Assembly: GCA_963720315.1 (NCBI GenBank)
Contig: CAVRFC010000005.1
Span: 863,437 to 927,436 of the forward strand
DNA length: 64,000 nucleotides
DNA from: an uncultured Chloroflexia bacterium
Lineage (GTDB): Bacteria > Chloroflexota > Limnocylindria > Limnocylindrales > CSP1-4
Direction: 5' to 3'
Shown here: piece by piece, positions 56,597 through 64,000 of the stretch
Position numbering within the stretch: position 1 is the first letter of the stretch
Layout: each line of letters opens with the position of its first letter
Notes under the pieces: generated by a model
The model's database searches: none
What the model was told of the DNA's origin: nothing
The model's input: only the letters and a program-made list of their open reading frames with translations
Position numbers and translations under genes: made by a program

Positions 56597-57420
56597 AGGT
56601 CTACATCAGCGTCGACATGGAGGGGATCGCAGGTGTCAGCCATCCGAAGCCGACCGAACGGGCGGATAGCGGCTATTCCGCTGCCGTGGACCTCATGGTC
56701 GGCGAGGCGAACGCAGCGATCGAGGGGGCACTTGCGGGTGGGGCGACGGAGGTCCTCGTGAACGACAGCCACGGTGGGATGTTCAACCTCCGCCCGGCCG
56801 ATCTCCACCCGGGAGCCCGTATCCTGCAGGGTCAGAAGGCGTGGTCGATGGTCGCGGGCGCCGGCCCCGACGCCGGGTTCGGCGTCGCGCTTTTCGTCGG
56901 GTACCACGCTCGAGCGGGTCATCCGACCGGAACGATCGCCCACACGTTTTCCGGGCGACCGACCCTCACCCGGCTCGACGGGCGGCTCGTGGGCGAGACG
57001 GGGATCAACGCCTCGGTGCTGGGCGCGTGGGGGATTCCCGTCGGGCTCGTCGCGGGCGACGACGCGCTGGCTGGCGAGGTCGCCGACTGGCTGCCATGGG
57101 CCGAGCGGGTCGTGGTCAAGGAGGGCGCCGGCGGCAACGCCGCCGCTTCCCTTCATCCGACCCTTGCCGCCGACCTCGTCCGAGCCGGAGCTGAGCGAGC
57201 CGTTCGCCGGGCCGCGGCCGGCGAGCTCCAGGCCCTCACCGTCCCACCGCCCGTCGTCATCGAGGTCGAGTACCGCAACGCGATCGCCGCCGACTATGCC
57301 GCGATCGTCCCCGGTGCCGAGCGGATCGGGGATCGGGGCGTCCGGTTCGAGGCACCCGATCCGGTGACGGCCTACCGCGGATTCCTAGCCGGGGTTCGGC
57401 TCGCGGGCATCGTCGACTGA
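56593..57420 (+). CDS. M55 family D-aminopeptidase (DppA-like)
   Basis: VKVYISVDMEGIAGV, LVNDSHGGM, GYHARAG. GTG overlaps the upstream TGA (GTGA). Confidence 0.85.
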   Translation: MKVYISVDMEGIAGVSHPKPTERADSGYSAAVDLMVGEANAAIEGALAGGATEVLVNDSHGGMFNLRPADLHPGARILQGQKAWSMVAGAGPDAGFGVALFVGYHARAGHPTGTIAHTFSGRPTLTRLDGRLVGETGINASVLGAWGIPVGLVAGDDALAGEVADWLPWAERVVVKEGAGGNAAASLHPTLAADLVRAGAERAVRRAAAGELQALTVPPPVVIEVEYRNAIAADYAAIVPGAERIGDRGVRFEAPDPVTAYRGFLAGVRLAGIVD

Positions 57421-57494
57421 CCCTTCTCGACACCGAGTCCGCGGCTTCCGTACGGAATTCGCACGTTTGAGGGGGTTAGTACTACTGAAATCAG

Positions 57495-59414
57495 GTGATG
57501 TCGTCGCCCGTCCCACCAGATACGATGCCATCACACATCCATCCCAATCGGGGAGTCGTGACCGGCCAGCACCGCAGTCGCCCGGCGACGCTTGGGGTCA
57601 CCGATCCCGGGGATGCCTCTGCACGCGCCGAGGCGCTTCTTCGCGCAACGAACGAGTTCCTTCGGGCGGACGATCTGCCGGCCCTCGGCCGGGCGATTAC
57701 CGAAGCCACCCTCGCCATGTTCGGCGAGTCGAAGGCGGCCGCCACCCTCATCCGACAAGACGGTTCGATGGCGCTCATGTCGACGACCGGCTTCGCGCCG
57801 GACGAGATCGAGCGGTTGGATGCAGTCGTCGTCGATGACGATCGCCTGGTCCAGGCGGTCGTCGCCGGGAGGGAGCTGTGGACGGACGACGCTGACGCAG
57901 AGGACGTTCGCGAACGTGTTGCCGCGTGGGGTGGTGGCTCCGGGCTCAGCATCCCGATACGGACTACCACCGGCGTGGCCGGGATCTTCAGCATCCTCTT
58001 CGCCGAAGCTCGAACGTTCGATCCCGGGTTCCGCGACGCGATCCGAAGCCTCGCGGCGCAGGCCGGACTCGCCCACGAGCTGATCGCGGCCCGGGACGAC
58101 CTGCGCCGGGCAGCGGCGGACGCGGAGGCCCAGCGGCGGATCGCGACGGCCTTCTTCGACGTGGCCACGCGCCTGGCGACCGTGACCGAGGAGGATGGCG
58201 TGTCGTGGGCGCTTGTCAGCGCGATCTGCGCCGCGACCGGCGCGGCCACGGCCTGGGTCGCTCTCCGAGTCGGCGATACAGAGGAGTTCAAGATTTCGGC
58301 GACAGCGGGCGTGTCGCCGGAGCAAGCAGCGATCCTCGCCTCAATGCCCATCACGCCCGATACGTACCCGGATCTCCGAGCCCTCCTTGACGGGCAAGTC
58401 CTGGCGGGCGTCGACCGTTCCGAGATGGGCGCTCGTCTCGACCTCGGCGGAGGGGTGGCGGCGCCGATCATCGCCGACGGCAAGGTCCGCGGGTTCCTCA
58501 GCATCACGGTCGCCCCGGGCGACTCGTTCGATGTCGAGCGCTGGCAGGAACTCACGATGGGTTTCGCCTCGGTGGCCGCAACGGCCATCTCGCGGGTGGA
58601 AGCACTCGCCGAGCTGCGCGACCAGCGGGAGCTTCTCGCCTCCTCCGTCGCGGAGCGAACGGTCCAGCTGCGCGGCGCGATCGAGGAGCTGCGCAACGCG
58701 AGCCAGGCGAAGTCAGACTTTCTCGCCAATGTCAGCCACGAATTGCGGACGCCCCTCACGGCCATCCTGGGCTTCAGCGAGGTGCTGATCAGAGGCGACG
58801 ACGGTCCGCTCAATCCGCGTCAATACGAGGACATGACGACCGTGCTGTCGAGCGGCCGACGCCTGCTCGATCTGATCGACGACCTCATCGACATTTCTCG
58901 GATCGAGGGCGATCGGCTGGAGCTCGACATGCAGCCGCTCGATCTCGGGTCGCTGTTGTCCGGCGTCGTCGAGGAGCTGCGCGCGCTGGCAGGAGCGAAG
59001 GGCATCGGATTGACGTTCACCCAGGCCCCTGACTCGATGACCGTCGTCGCAGACCGGGTGCGGCTCCAGGAGGTCTTCCTGAACCTCGTTTCGAATGCGG
59101 TGAAGTTCACCCAGCCGGGCGGAACCGTCCGGGTCGCGGCCGGCATCGAAGCGCCCGCCGACCCCGCGGCGAGCCCGATGGTCCGGATCGATGTCATCGA
59201 CACAGGGATTGGCGTCCCGGAGCACGAGCGCGAGAGAATCTTCGAGAAGTTCCATCGGATCGCGGGACCGGAGTACCCGGGGACGGGGCTGGGGCTTTCG
59301 ATCGCGCGGGAGCTCGTGGTCCGGCACGGCGGAACGCTCACCCTCGAGTCCACCGTGGGCCTCGGCAGCCGCTTCTCCGTTATGTTTCCCCTGGCAGCGG
59401 CGCCAGCCCGCTGA
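57495..59414 (+). CDS. Cytoplasmic sensor histidine kinase with two GAF-like domains
   Basis: No TM helix. H-box SDFLANVSHELRTPLTAILGFSE, N-box LNLVSNAVKFT, G-boxes DTGIGVP and GTGLGLSIA. Confidence 0.9.
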   Translation: MMSSPVPPDTMPSHIHPNRGVVTGQHRSRPATLGVTDPGDASARAEALLRATNEFLRADDLPALGRAITEATLAMFGESKAAATLIRQDGSMALMSTTGFAPDEIERLDAVVVDDDRLVQAVVAGRELWTDDADAEDVRERVAAWGGGSGLSIPIRTTTGVAGIFSILFAEARTFDPGFRDAIRSLAAQAGLAHELIAARDDLRRAAADAEAQRRIATAFFDVATRLATVTEEDGVSWALVSAICAATGAATAWVALRVGDTEEFKISATAGVSPEQAAILASMPITPDTYPDLRALLDGQVLAGVDRSEMGARLDLGGGVAAPIIADGKVRGFLSITVAPGDSFDVERWQELTMGFASVAATAISRVEALAELRDQRELLASSVAERTVQLRGAIEELRNASQAKSDFLANVSHELRTPLTAILGFSEVLIRGDDGPLNPRQYEDMTTVLSSGRRLLDLIDDLIDISRIEGDRLELDMQPLDLGSLLSGVVEELRALAGAKGIGLTFTQAPDSMTVVADRVRLQEVFLNLVSNAVKFTQPGGTVRVAAGIEAPADPAASPMVRIDVIDTGIGVPEHERERIFEKFHRIAGPEYPGTGLGLSIARELVVRHGGTLTLESTVGLGSRFSVMFPLAAAPAR

Positions 59415-59416
59415 CC

Positions 59417-59812
59417 GTGACCGAACCCCAGCCACTCATCCTCGTAGTCGACGACACGGTGGAAACGCGGCGGCTGATGCGGCGCCTCCTCGAGCGTGGC
59501 GGCTTCCGCGTGATCGAAGCGGCGACGGGTGAGGAAGCCCTTCGTTCGATCGAGTCGGGCCGTCCCGAGCTCGTCGTCCTCGACCTGCGCCTTCCTGGAA
59601 TATCGGGCCTCGATGTCGCCCGCGCCGTGCGCGCGAGCGCCGATCCGATCATGGCGGCGACAGTCCTCCTCGCCTGCAGCGCTTCGGTCCATGCGGAGGT
59701 CCGCCGAGAGGCCATCGATGCCGGCTGCGACGACTTCGAGGGCAAGCCGTTCGACGTTCGCCTGTTTGCCGAGCGGGTCCGCGAGCTGATCGCGCATCCC
59801 GGCCGCTCCTAG
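59417..59812 (+). CDS. Stand-alone response-regulator receiver (CheY-like)
   Basis: ILVVDDTVETRRL, LVVLDLRLPGISG, EGKPF. Starts 2 nt after the kinase stop. Confidence 0.9.
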   Translation: MTEPQPLILVVDDTVETRRLMRRLLERGGFRVIEAATGEEALRSIESGRPELVVLDLRLPGISGLDVARAVRASADPIMAATVLLACSASVHAEVRREAIDAGCDDFEGKPFDVRLFAERVRELIAHPGRS

Positions 59813-59941
59813 CGCCATACTCAGCCCCTCACGGCGCCGACGATCCGCGCGGCGGACGGGCGCCGGCAGTCCCGAGGAGGCCGTGTCGAGGGCCGAGTCC
59901 ACACCACTCACGTGCCGCTCGGAGCGGCCCTGGGGCGGACG

Positions 59942-61537
59942 ATGAACGCTGTGTCCGCGCCGCTCGGGCCGCTCGATCGCCTCGCGGAACGGGCCGAGAC
60001 GCTGGCCGGCGCATGGGCCGCGCGGGCCCGGGCGTCGACGACGGTCGGCCGCGAGCGGGCGCTGCTGCGCCTGTGTGGCGTGGGCGGGCTCGACGCGGCG
60101 GGCCGGCCGCTCGCCTGGTCGGTCGTGGACCGCTACCTCGCCGGCCGCCGCGGTCGTCTCGGTAGCGGGTTGCTCCTGCCGTTCGCCATGGCCCTCGTGG
60201 AGTACGACCTCCAGCCGCAGCGCCTCGCGCTCGACGTCGCGTCGGGGGCGGTCGATCTCGGGATGGAGGCGGAGCTTCTCCGCGAATCGGACCGCCGGGC
60301 CGTCGCGGAGGAGGAGGCCCGACGGTTGGCGGCGGCTGCGATCGACCGGATCGATGCCAACCGGACCGCCCGGCGCGAGCTGCTCGACGTGCTCGGCGAC
60401 CCGCAGCGGCCGTGGATCGGAATGACCCTCGCCGACCCCGATATCCACGCGGCGCTCACCGCGGCCCGTCGAGCCCTCGATGCCGGGGTCGATCTCGTCC
60501 AGGTCGCGGTCCCGATCGGTCGCGAGCTCGCCGATCGGCTCCGCGATGCAGGACTCGAAGCGCCGGTGTGGCGGCCCCGCGACGGCGAGGGCGCGTCCGC
60601 CGAGGCCGACCACGCCCCCACCGGCAGCCAGCGGGCCCTCACAGCACTCCGGCGACACCTCGACGAGATCGCCGCGCAGCGCCGGAACTATGTCCGGCTG
60701 GCGGCGATCCCGCCGCCCCTCGGCGGGCCCGAACTGGCGGTCGTGGCCGCGTTCGAGCGGGTCGACGTCGCCGATGCCGACGTCATGACCGAGATCGTTG
60801 GTGGGCGGGTCGCTCCCGAGCGAGCGCTGGCCGATCATGCGTTCGCCCACTCGCTCCTCGCCCGCGCCGGCGTGATCGTGTCGCTGTCGGCCGGGCCGCT
60901 CGTCGTGGCGCCGGACCTGGCCAGCGGCGTGCCATCCGATCCTGCGACCCGTGCCGGCCGGGCGCTCGCGCTGCAAGCATTGTCGGTGGCGATTGCCCGC
61001 GGCAACGGGCTGTCCGCCGATCAGCTGATCATCGGGGCGATGCCGTCATGGCTGGTCGGCGAGTCGCAGCCGGCGGCCCGGGCGGCTGCCGAGGTCGCCA
61101 TTCGCCGAACCCTCTTCGCCGGGATGCCCCTGACATTCGAGGAACCACCGGGCGACATGCGGCGCTCGGCCACCGAGACCTGGTCGGCGATCGTGGCCGC
61201 GATCGCCCCTTCCGCCCCGACCGGCGGGCTGATCCTCCTCCGCGCCTCGCCCGATTCGGATCGGGCCGCGGCCCGCGCGCGGCTGACCTCGCGGGTCACC
61301 GCGGAGCTGGAGGGATCGCTGACCCGGCCCGACCTGTCGGGCGTCGCGCTCGATCACGCCCGATCGACCGTAACCGCTGCCGTCGCAACCCTCGAGCGAT
61401 TGGCCGATCATGGCTGGCGCTCGGTCCTAGGGGACTCGCCGGATGGCCACGACCAGGTGAGGCTCGGCGCCGACTCGGTGGCGGAGCGGACCGAGACGTT
61501 CGATCCGTTCGCGGCCGCGCTGGCTGCCGTCGGCTGA
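59942..61537 (+). CDS. Lysine 5,6-aminomutase alpha-subunit (KamD)-like TIM-barrel protein, no adjacent B12-binding partner
   Basis: TTVGRERALLRLCGVGGLD and YVRLAAIPPPLGGPELAVVAAFERVDV are colinear with my recollection of KamD (TVTVERAVCRLLGIDGVD; IRLCNYCSGLCMPEIAAMGAIERLDV). An alternative GTG start exists at 59912. Confidence 0.55.
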   Translation: MNAVSAPLGPLDRLAERAETLAGAWAARARASTTVGRERALLRLCGVGGLDAAGRPLAWSVVDRYLAGRRGRLGSGLLLPFAMALVEYDLQPQRLALDVASGAVDLGMEAELLRESDRRAVAEEEARRLAAAAIDRIDANRTARRELLDVLGDPQRPWIGMTLADPDIHAALTAARRALDAGVDLVQVAVPIGRELADRLRDAGLEAPVWRPRDGEGASAEADHAPTGSQRALTALRRHLDEIAAQRRNYVRLAAIPPPLGGPELAVVAAFERVDVADADVMTEIVGGRVAPERALADHAFAHSLLARAGVIVSLSAGPLVVAPDLASGVPSDPATRAGRALALQALSVAIARGNGLSADQLIIGAMPSWLVGESQPAARAAAEVAIRRTLFAGMPLTFEEPPGDMRRSATETWSAIVAAIAPSAPTGGLILLRASPDSDRAAARARLTSRVTAELEGSLTRPDLSGVALDHARSTVTAAVATLERLADHGWRSVLGDSPDGHDQVRLGADSVAERTETFDPFAAALAAVG

Positions 61538-61563
61538 CCGGATCGCGGCATCGCTGAGCGCGA

Positions 61564-61827
61564 TCAGCCGCCGGACACCGCCGGTATCACGTGAAGCACG
61601 GACTCCGGCCCGACGGGCGTTGCGAGGGACGCCGGGACTCCGTCGACGAACACGTTGATGTGGCGCCGGATTGTCGGCCCCGCATCGACGAGCCGGTTGC
61701 GGATCCCTGGAGCGACCTCGTCCAGCCGATCGATCGCTTCGGCCACGTTCGTGGCCTCGACCTCGCAGCGCCTCGGGGCAGCCGGGATGAGCGAGACGAG
61801 CGACCGCGGCAGGAGGATCGTCGCCAC
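61564..61827 (-). CDS. MoaD/ThiS-family ubiquitin-like sulfur-carrier protein
   Basis: 87 aa, beta-grasp-like pattern, C-terminal ...VIPAVSGG followed by the stop. GTG start lies 2 nt after the BNR gene stop. Confidence 0.75.
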   Translation of the reverse strand: MATILLPRSLVSLIPAAPRRCEVEATNVAEAIDRLDEVAPGIRNRLVDAGPTIRRHINVFVDGVPASLATPVGPESVLHVIPAVSGG

Positions 61828-61829
61828 GG

Positions 61830-62900
61830 TCAGTCGACGACGAGCGTCTCGACGCTCCAGATCGGCGGCAGGTTGGCGGCTACGACTTTCCAGGTCTGGC
61901 CCTCGTCAGTCGAGCCGTAGAGCTGGCCGGTGCTCGTGCCGAAGAACACCCCGACCGGATCGAGGCGGTCGACGGCGAGCGCCTCGCGAAGGACGCCGAC
62001 GAACGCGTTCTCCTGCGGCAGGCCGTCGCCGTGCCGCTCCCAGCTGTCGCCGCGATCGCTCGTCCGCCAGACCGCCAACGCCCCGTCAGGGGCGAGCCGG
62101 CCCTCCTCCGGATGGGTCATCGGGATGACCCACCCGGTCGCCGCGTCGCGCGGGTGGGCGGCCATCACGAACCCGAATTCCGACGGCAGGCCCTCGCTGA
62201 TGTCCTCCCAGTTCAACCCGGCGTCGGCCGAGCGATACACGCCGGAATGGTTCTGCTGGTAGAAGCGGTCTGGTTGGCCGGCGGCCATGACGAGCTTGTG
62301 GACGCACTGGCCGGTCTCCGGGTAGAGATCCGGCCCGCCCACGGCCGCGACGCCGCGATTGCGAGCCTCCCAGGTCGCGCCGTCGTCCTCCGTCGCGAAC
62401 GTGCCGACCGCGCTGATCGCGACCCACATCTTGGCCGTGTCCGTCGGATGGGGAACGATCGTGTGGCAGATGAGGCCGCCTGCTCCTGGTTGCCAGCTCG
62501 GCCGGCTCGGATGATCGCGCAGCCCCGAGACGTGGCTCCAGGTCGCACCGTCGTCGTCGCTCCGGAAGAGCCCGGCGGGCTCGACGCCGGCCCAGATCGC
62601 GCCATGGGCAGCCGTGACGTTCCAGATCGTCGCGACCTTCGGCCCGTCGTCGCCGTACGTCAGCCCTTCGGACGAGTGCGTCCATGTCGAACCCAAGTCC
62701 TCGCTCCTGAACACAGCCGGCCCGTACCATGGCGAGCCGCCGACGGCCAGGATCGCGCCGGTGGCGGGATCGACGGACAGGTCGTGGATCGGCCAGCCCT
62801 CGCAGAGCGGCCCGCGCAGCGACCACGATCGTCGCGTGGCGTCGCCGTCGAACAGGAATGCACCCTTTGGCGTGCCGACGAGCAGCATGTGGCGTGTCAT
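61830..62900 (-). CDS. BNR/Asp-box repeat beta-propeller protein (sialidase/Ycf48-like fold), cytoplasmic
   Basis: Repeated S-x-D-x-G-x-T-W boxes: SEDLGSTWTH, SDDDGATWSH, TEDDGATWEA, SADAGLNWED, TSDRGDSWER, STDEGQTWKV. No signal peptide. Confidence 0.8.
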   Translation of the reverse strand: MTRHMLLVGTPKGAFLFDGDATRRSWSLRGPLCEGWPIHDLSVDPATGAILAVGGSPWYGPAVFRSEDLGSTWTHSSEGLTYGDDGPKVATIWNVTAAHGAIWAGVEPAGLFRSDDDGATWSHVSGLRDHPSRPSWQPGAGGLICHTIVPHPTDTAKMWVAISAVGTFATEDDGATWEARNRGVAAVGGPDLYPETGQCVHKLVMAAGQPDRFYQQNHSGVYRSADAGLNWEDISEGLPSEFGFVMAAHPRDAATGWVIPMTHPEEGRLAPDGALAVWRTSDRGDSWERHGDGLPQENAFVGVLREALAVDRLDPVGVFFGTSTGQLYGSTDEGQTWKVVAANLPPIWSVETLVVD

Positions 62901-62931
62901 CCGATGCCCTCTCCGATGTCGGTTCGTTGGT

Positions 62932-63399
62932 TCAGTTGCCGGCCTTGAACGGGTAGACGACCCAGTGATCGGTTGTGACGGCGTGATGGTCGGGGCGTCC
63001 GGGCACCTTCGAGCGGTCCGGCTTGAAGTGGAGCACGGCCGTGGTCGGGATGCCGCCGGCCTTGCGAACTCGCTCGGTGACGGCGTGGATCGTTGTCCCG
63101 CTGTCCCAGACCTCGTCGACGATCAGCACCCGTTGGCCGCGGAGCTGCGGATCGGCCGGGAACTGGAGGAACGTCGGCCTCGGACCGGGCCGCCCCTCGT
63201 CGTCGTAGTACTCGACGGCCGCCACCAGGATGTTCCGGATACCAAGCCGATAGGCCAGCATGCCCGCCGGAACCAGGCCGCCGCGGGTGATCGCCAGCAT
63301 GACGTCGTAGTCGCCCCGGACCGCGTCTGCGACGTCGGCAACCATCGCCGCGAGCTCATCCCAGGAGACGATGTCCTTTTCGACGCCGACCTCGACCAT
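62932..63399 (-). CDS. Phosphoribosyltransferase (purine PRTase / Gpt-like)
   Basis: RVLIVDEVWDSGTT is a PRPP-binding motif. Size 155 aa. Confidence 0.85.
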   Translation of the reverse strand: MVEVGVEKDIVSWDELAAMVADVADAVRGDYDVMLAITRGGLVPAGMLAYRLGIRNILVAAVEYYDDEGRPGPRPTFLQFPADPQLRGQRVLIVDEVWDSGTTIHAVTERVRKAGGIPTTAVLHFKPDRSKVPGRPDHHAVTTDHWVVYPFKAGN

Positions 63400-63404
63400 G
63401 CCCG

Positions 63405-64000
63405 TCAGGATACCGCCGCAGGGCCCGCCCGGCGGATCGCCTCGATCGTCGAGGGGTCGTCCAGCGCCGACAGGTCGCCGGGGTCGAGCCCCAGGTACGC
63501 GGCCCTGATGACACGCCGCATGATCTTGCCGGAGCGCGTCTTCGGAAGCGCCGGGACGACGACGATCGTCTCCGGCCGGAGGGTCTTGCCGAGGTCCTCG
63601 ACGACCCGTCGGCCGATCGCCGCCCGGAGGTCGTCGCCGTCCGTCTCGCCCGCCCGCAGGGTGCAGACGACGACGATCGTCTCGCCCTTGACCGCGTGCG
63701 GAACCCCGATCGCGGCCGCTTCCACAACGGCGGGGTGGGCCGTAGCCGCAGCCTCGACCTCCGCAGGACCGACACGCTTGCCGGCGACCTTCAGGGTGTC
63801 GTCGGACCGGCCGCGGATGTACCAGTAGCCGTCGGCGTCGACAATCGCCCAGTCACCGTGGACCCAGATCCCGGGATGCCGGCTCCAGTACGTCTCGACG
63901 TAGCGATCCGGATCGTTCCAGAAACCGCGCGTCTGGCCCGGCTGTGGCCGCCGAATCACGAGTTCGCCGACCTCGCCCCGGAGCGGCTGACCGTCCGACC
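63405..64000 (-). CDS. 3' part of an AMP-forming acetyl/acyl-CoA synthetase (5' end outside window)
   Basis: [63 protein letters not shown]. The frame is open to the window edge. Confidence 0.85.
   Translation of the reverse strand, partial: SDGQPLRGEVGELVIRRPQPGQTRGFWNDPDRYVETYWSRHPGIWVHGDWAIVDADGYWYIRGRSDDTLKVAGKRVGPAEVEAAATAHPAVVEAAAIGVPHAVKGETIVVVCTLRAGETDGDDLRAAIGRRVVEDLGKTLRPETIVVVPALPKTRSGKIMRRVIRAAYLGLDPGDLSALDDPSTIEAIRRAGPAAVS

Noticed and set aside
58820-60976. 718-aa minus-strand ORF spanning the histidine kinase 3' end, the response regulator and the KamD-like gene.
   Set aside because: It crosses three well-supported plus-strand genes and has no motifs. Shadow ORF.
1-64000. Search by eye for tRNA/rRNA genes, IS elements, integrases, phage genes, toxin-antitoxin pairs, CRISPR-Cas and known defence-system signatures.
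   Set aside because: I recognised none of the following: T-loop GGTTCGAATCC-type strings outside coding or terminator contexts, transposase (DDE), recombinase, reverse-transcriptase or Cas-like motifs in any ORF. The absence is based on manual inspection only and should be confirmed with tRNAscan-SE, ISfinder, PADLOC or DefenseFinder.

Overview
Very GC-rich bacterial chromosomal window (by eye about two-thirds G+C, strong G/C at codon position 3). Gene content looks like a high-GC Gram-positive (Actinomycetota- or Chloroflexota-like) organism, but I cannot assign taxonomy from the sequence alone. I recognised no rRNA, tRNA, CRISPR array, transposase or integrase. Layout: (i) 1-6.6 kb: 3' end of a secreted repeat protein, mscL, a DUF853/HerA-like ATPase, an orphan ParA, PPK2 and an aldehyde dehydrogenase. 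(ii) 6.6-10.0 kb: two minus-strand genes (an XRE-type HTH protein and a secreted polysaccharide-lyase-like protein), each bracketed by a ~172-nt three-hairpin repeat present in 3 direct copies. (iii) 10.1-17.5 kb: acyl-CoA metabolism (ACAD, ADP-forming acyl-CoA synthetase, crotonase, thioesterase) interrupted by a TasA-like / SipW-type signal peptidase / second SipW-substrate locus. (iv) 17.9-22.7 kb: a second lyase-like protein plus a giant propeller-PKD-repeat protein. (v) 22.75-24.4 kb: a lower-GC 1.6-kb insert flanked by a perfect 29-bp direct repeat. (vi) 24.4-38.6 kb: a tightly packed Wzx/Wzy-type exopolysaccharide operon on the minus strand. It embeds a PEP-mutase (PepM)-like gene translationally coupled to a SerA-like 2-hydroxyacid dehydrogenase, an ATP-grasp ligase and several kinases. 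I consider this putative phosphonate-tailoring cassette the most interesting candidate system in the window. (vii) 38.6-54 kb: a third (broken) lyase-like gene, more propeller/CBM/PKD/DNRLRE surface proteins, an epimerase, UDP-glucose dehydrogenase, a degenerate-GGDEF membrane protein, the priming phosphoglycosyl transferase, and a SpaA/Cna-B-like protein behind a ~680-nt highly structured leader. (viii) 54-64 kb: housekeeping genes, including a MoaD-MoaE fusion, M55 peptidase, GAF histidine kinase plus receiver, an orphan KamD-like protein, a MoaD/ThiS-like plus BNR propeller pair, a PRTase and the 3' part of an acyl/acetyl-CoA synthetase. Major caveat: about 16 reading-frame breaks plus one in-frame TGA (about 17 lesions in all) interrupt otherwise clearly homologous genes, including core metabolic ones. 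Many 'pseudogene' calls may therefore reflect indel errors in the assembly rather than biology. All functional calls come from motif and family recognition by eye on the supplied translations; no database search was run.
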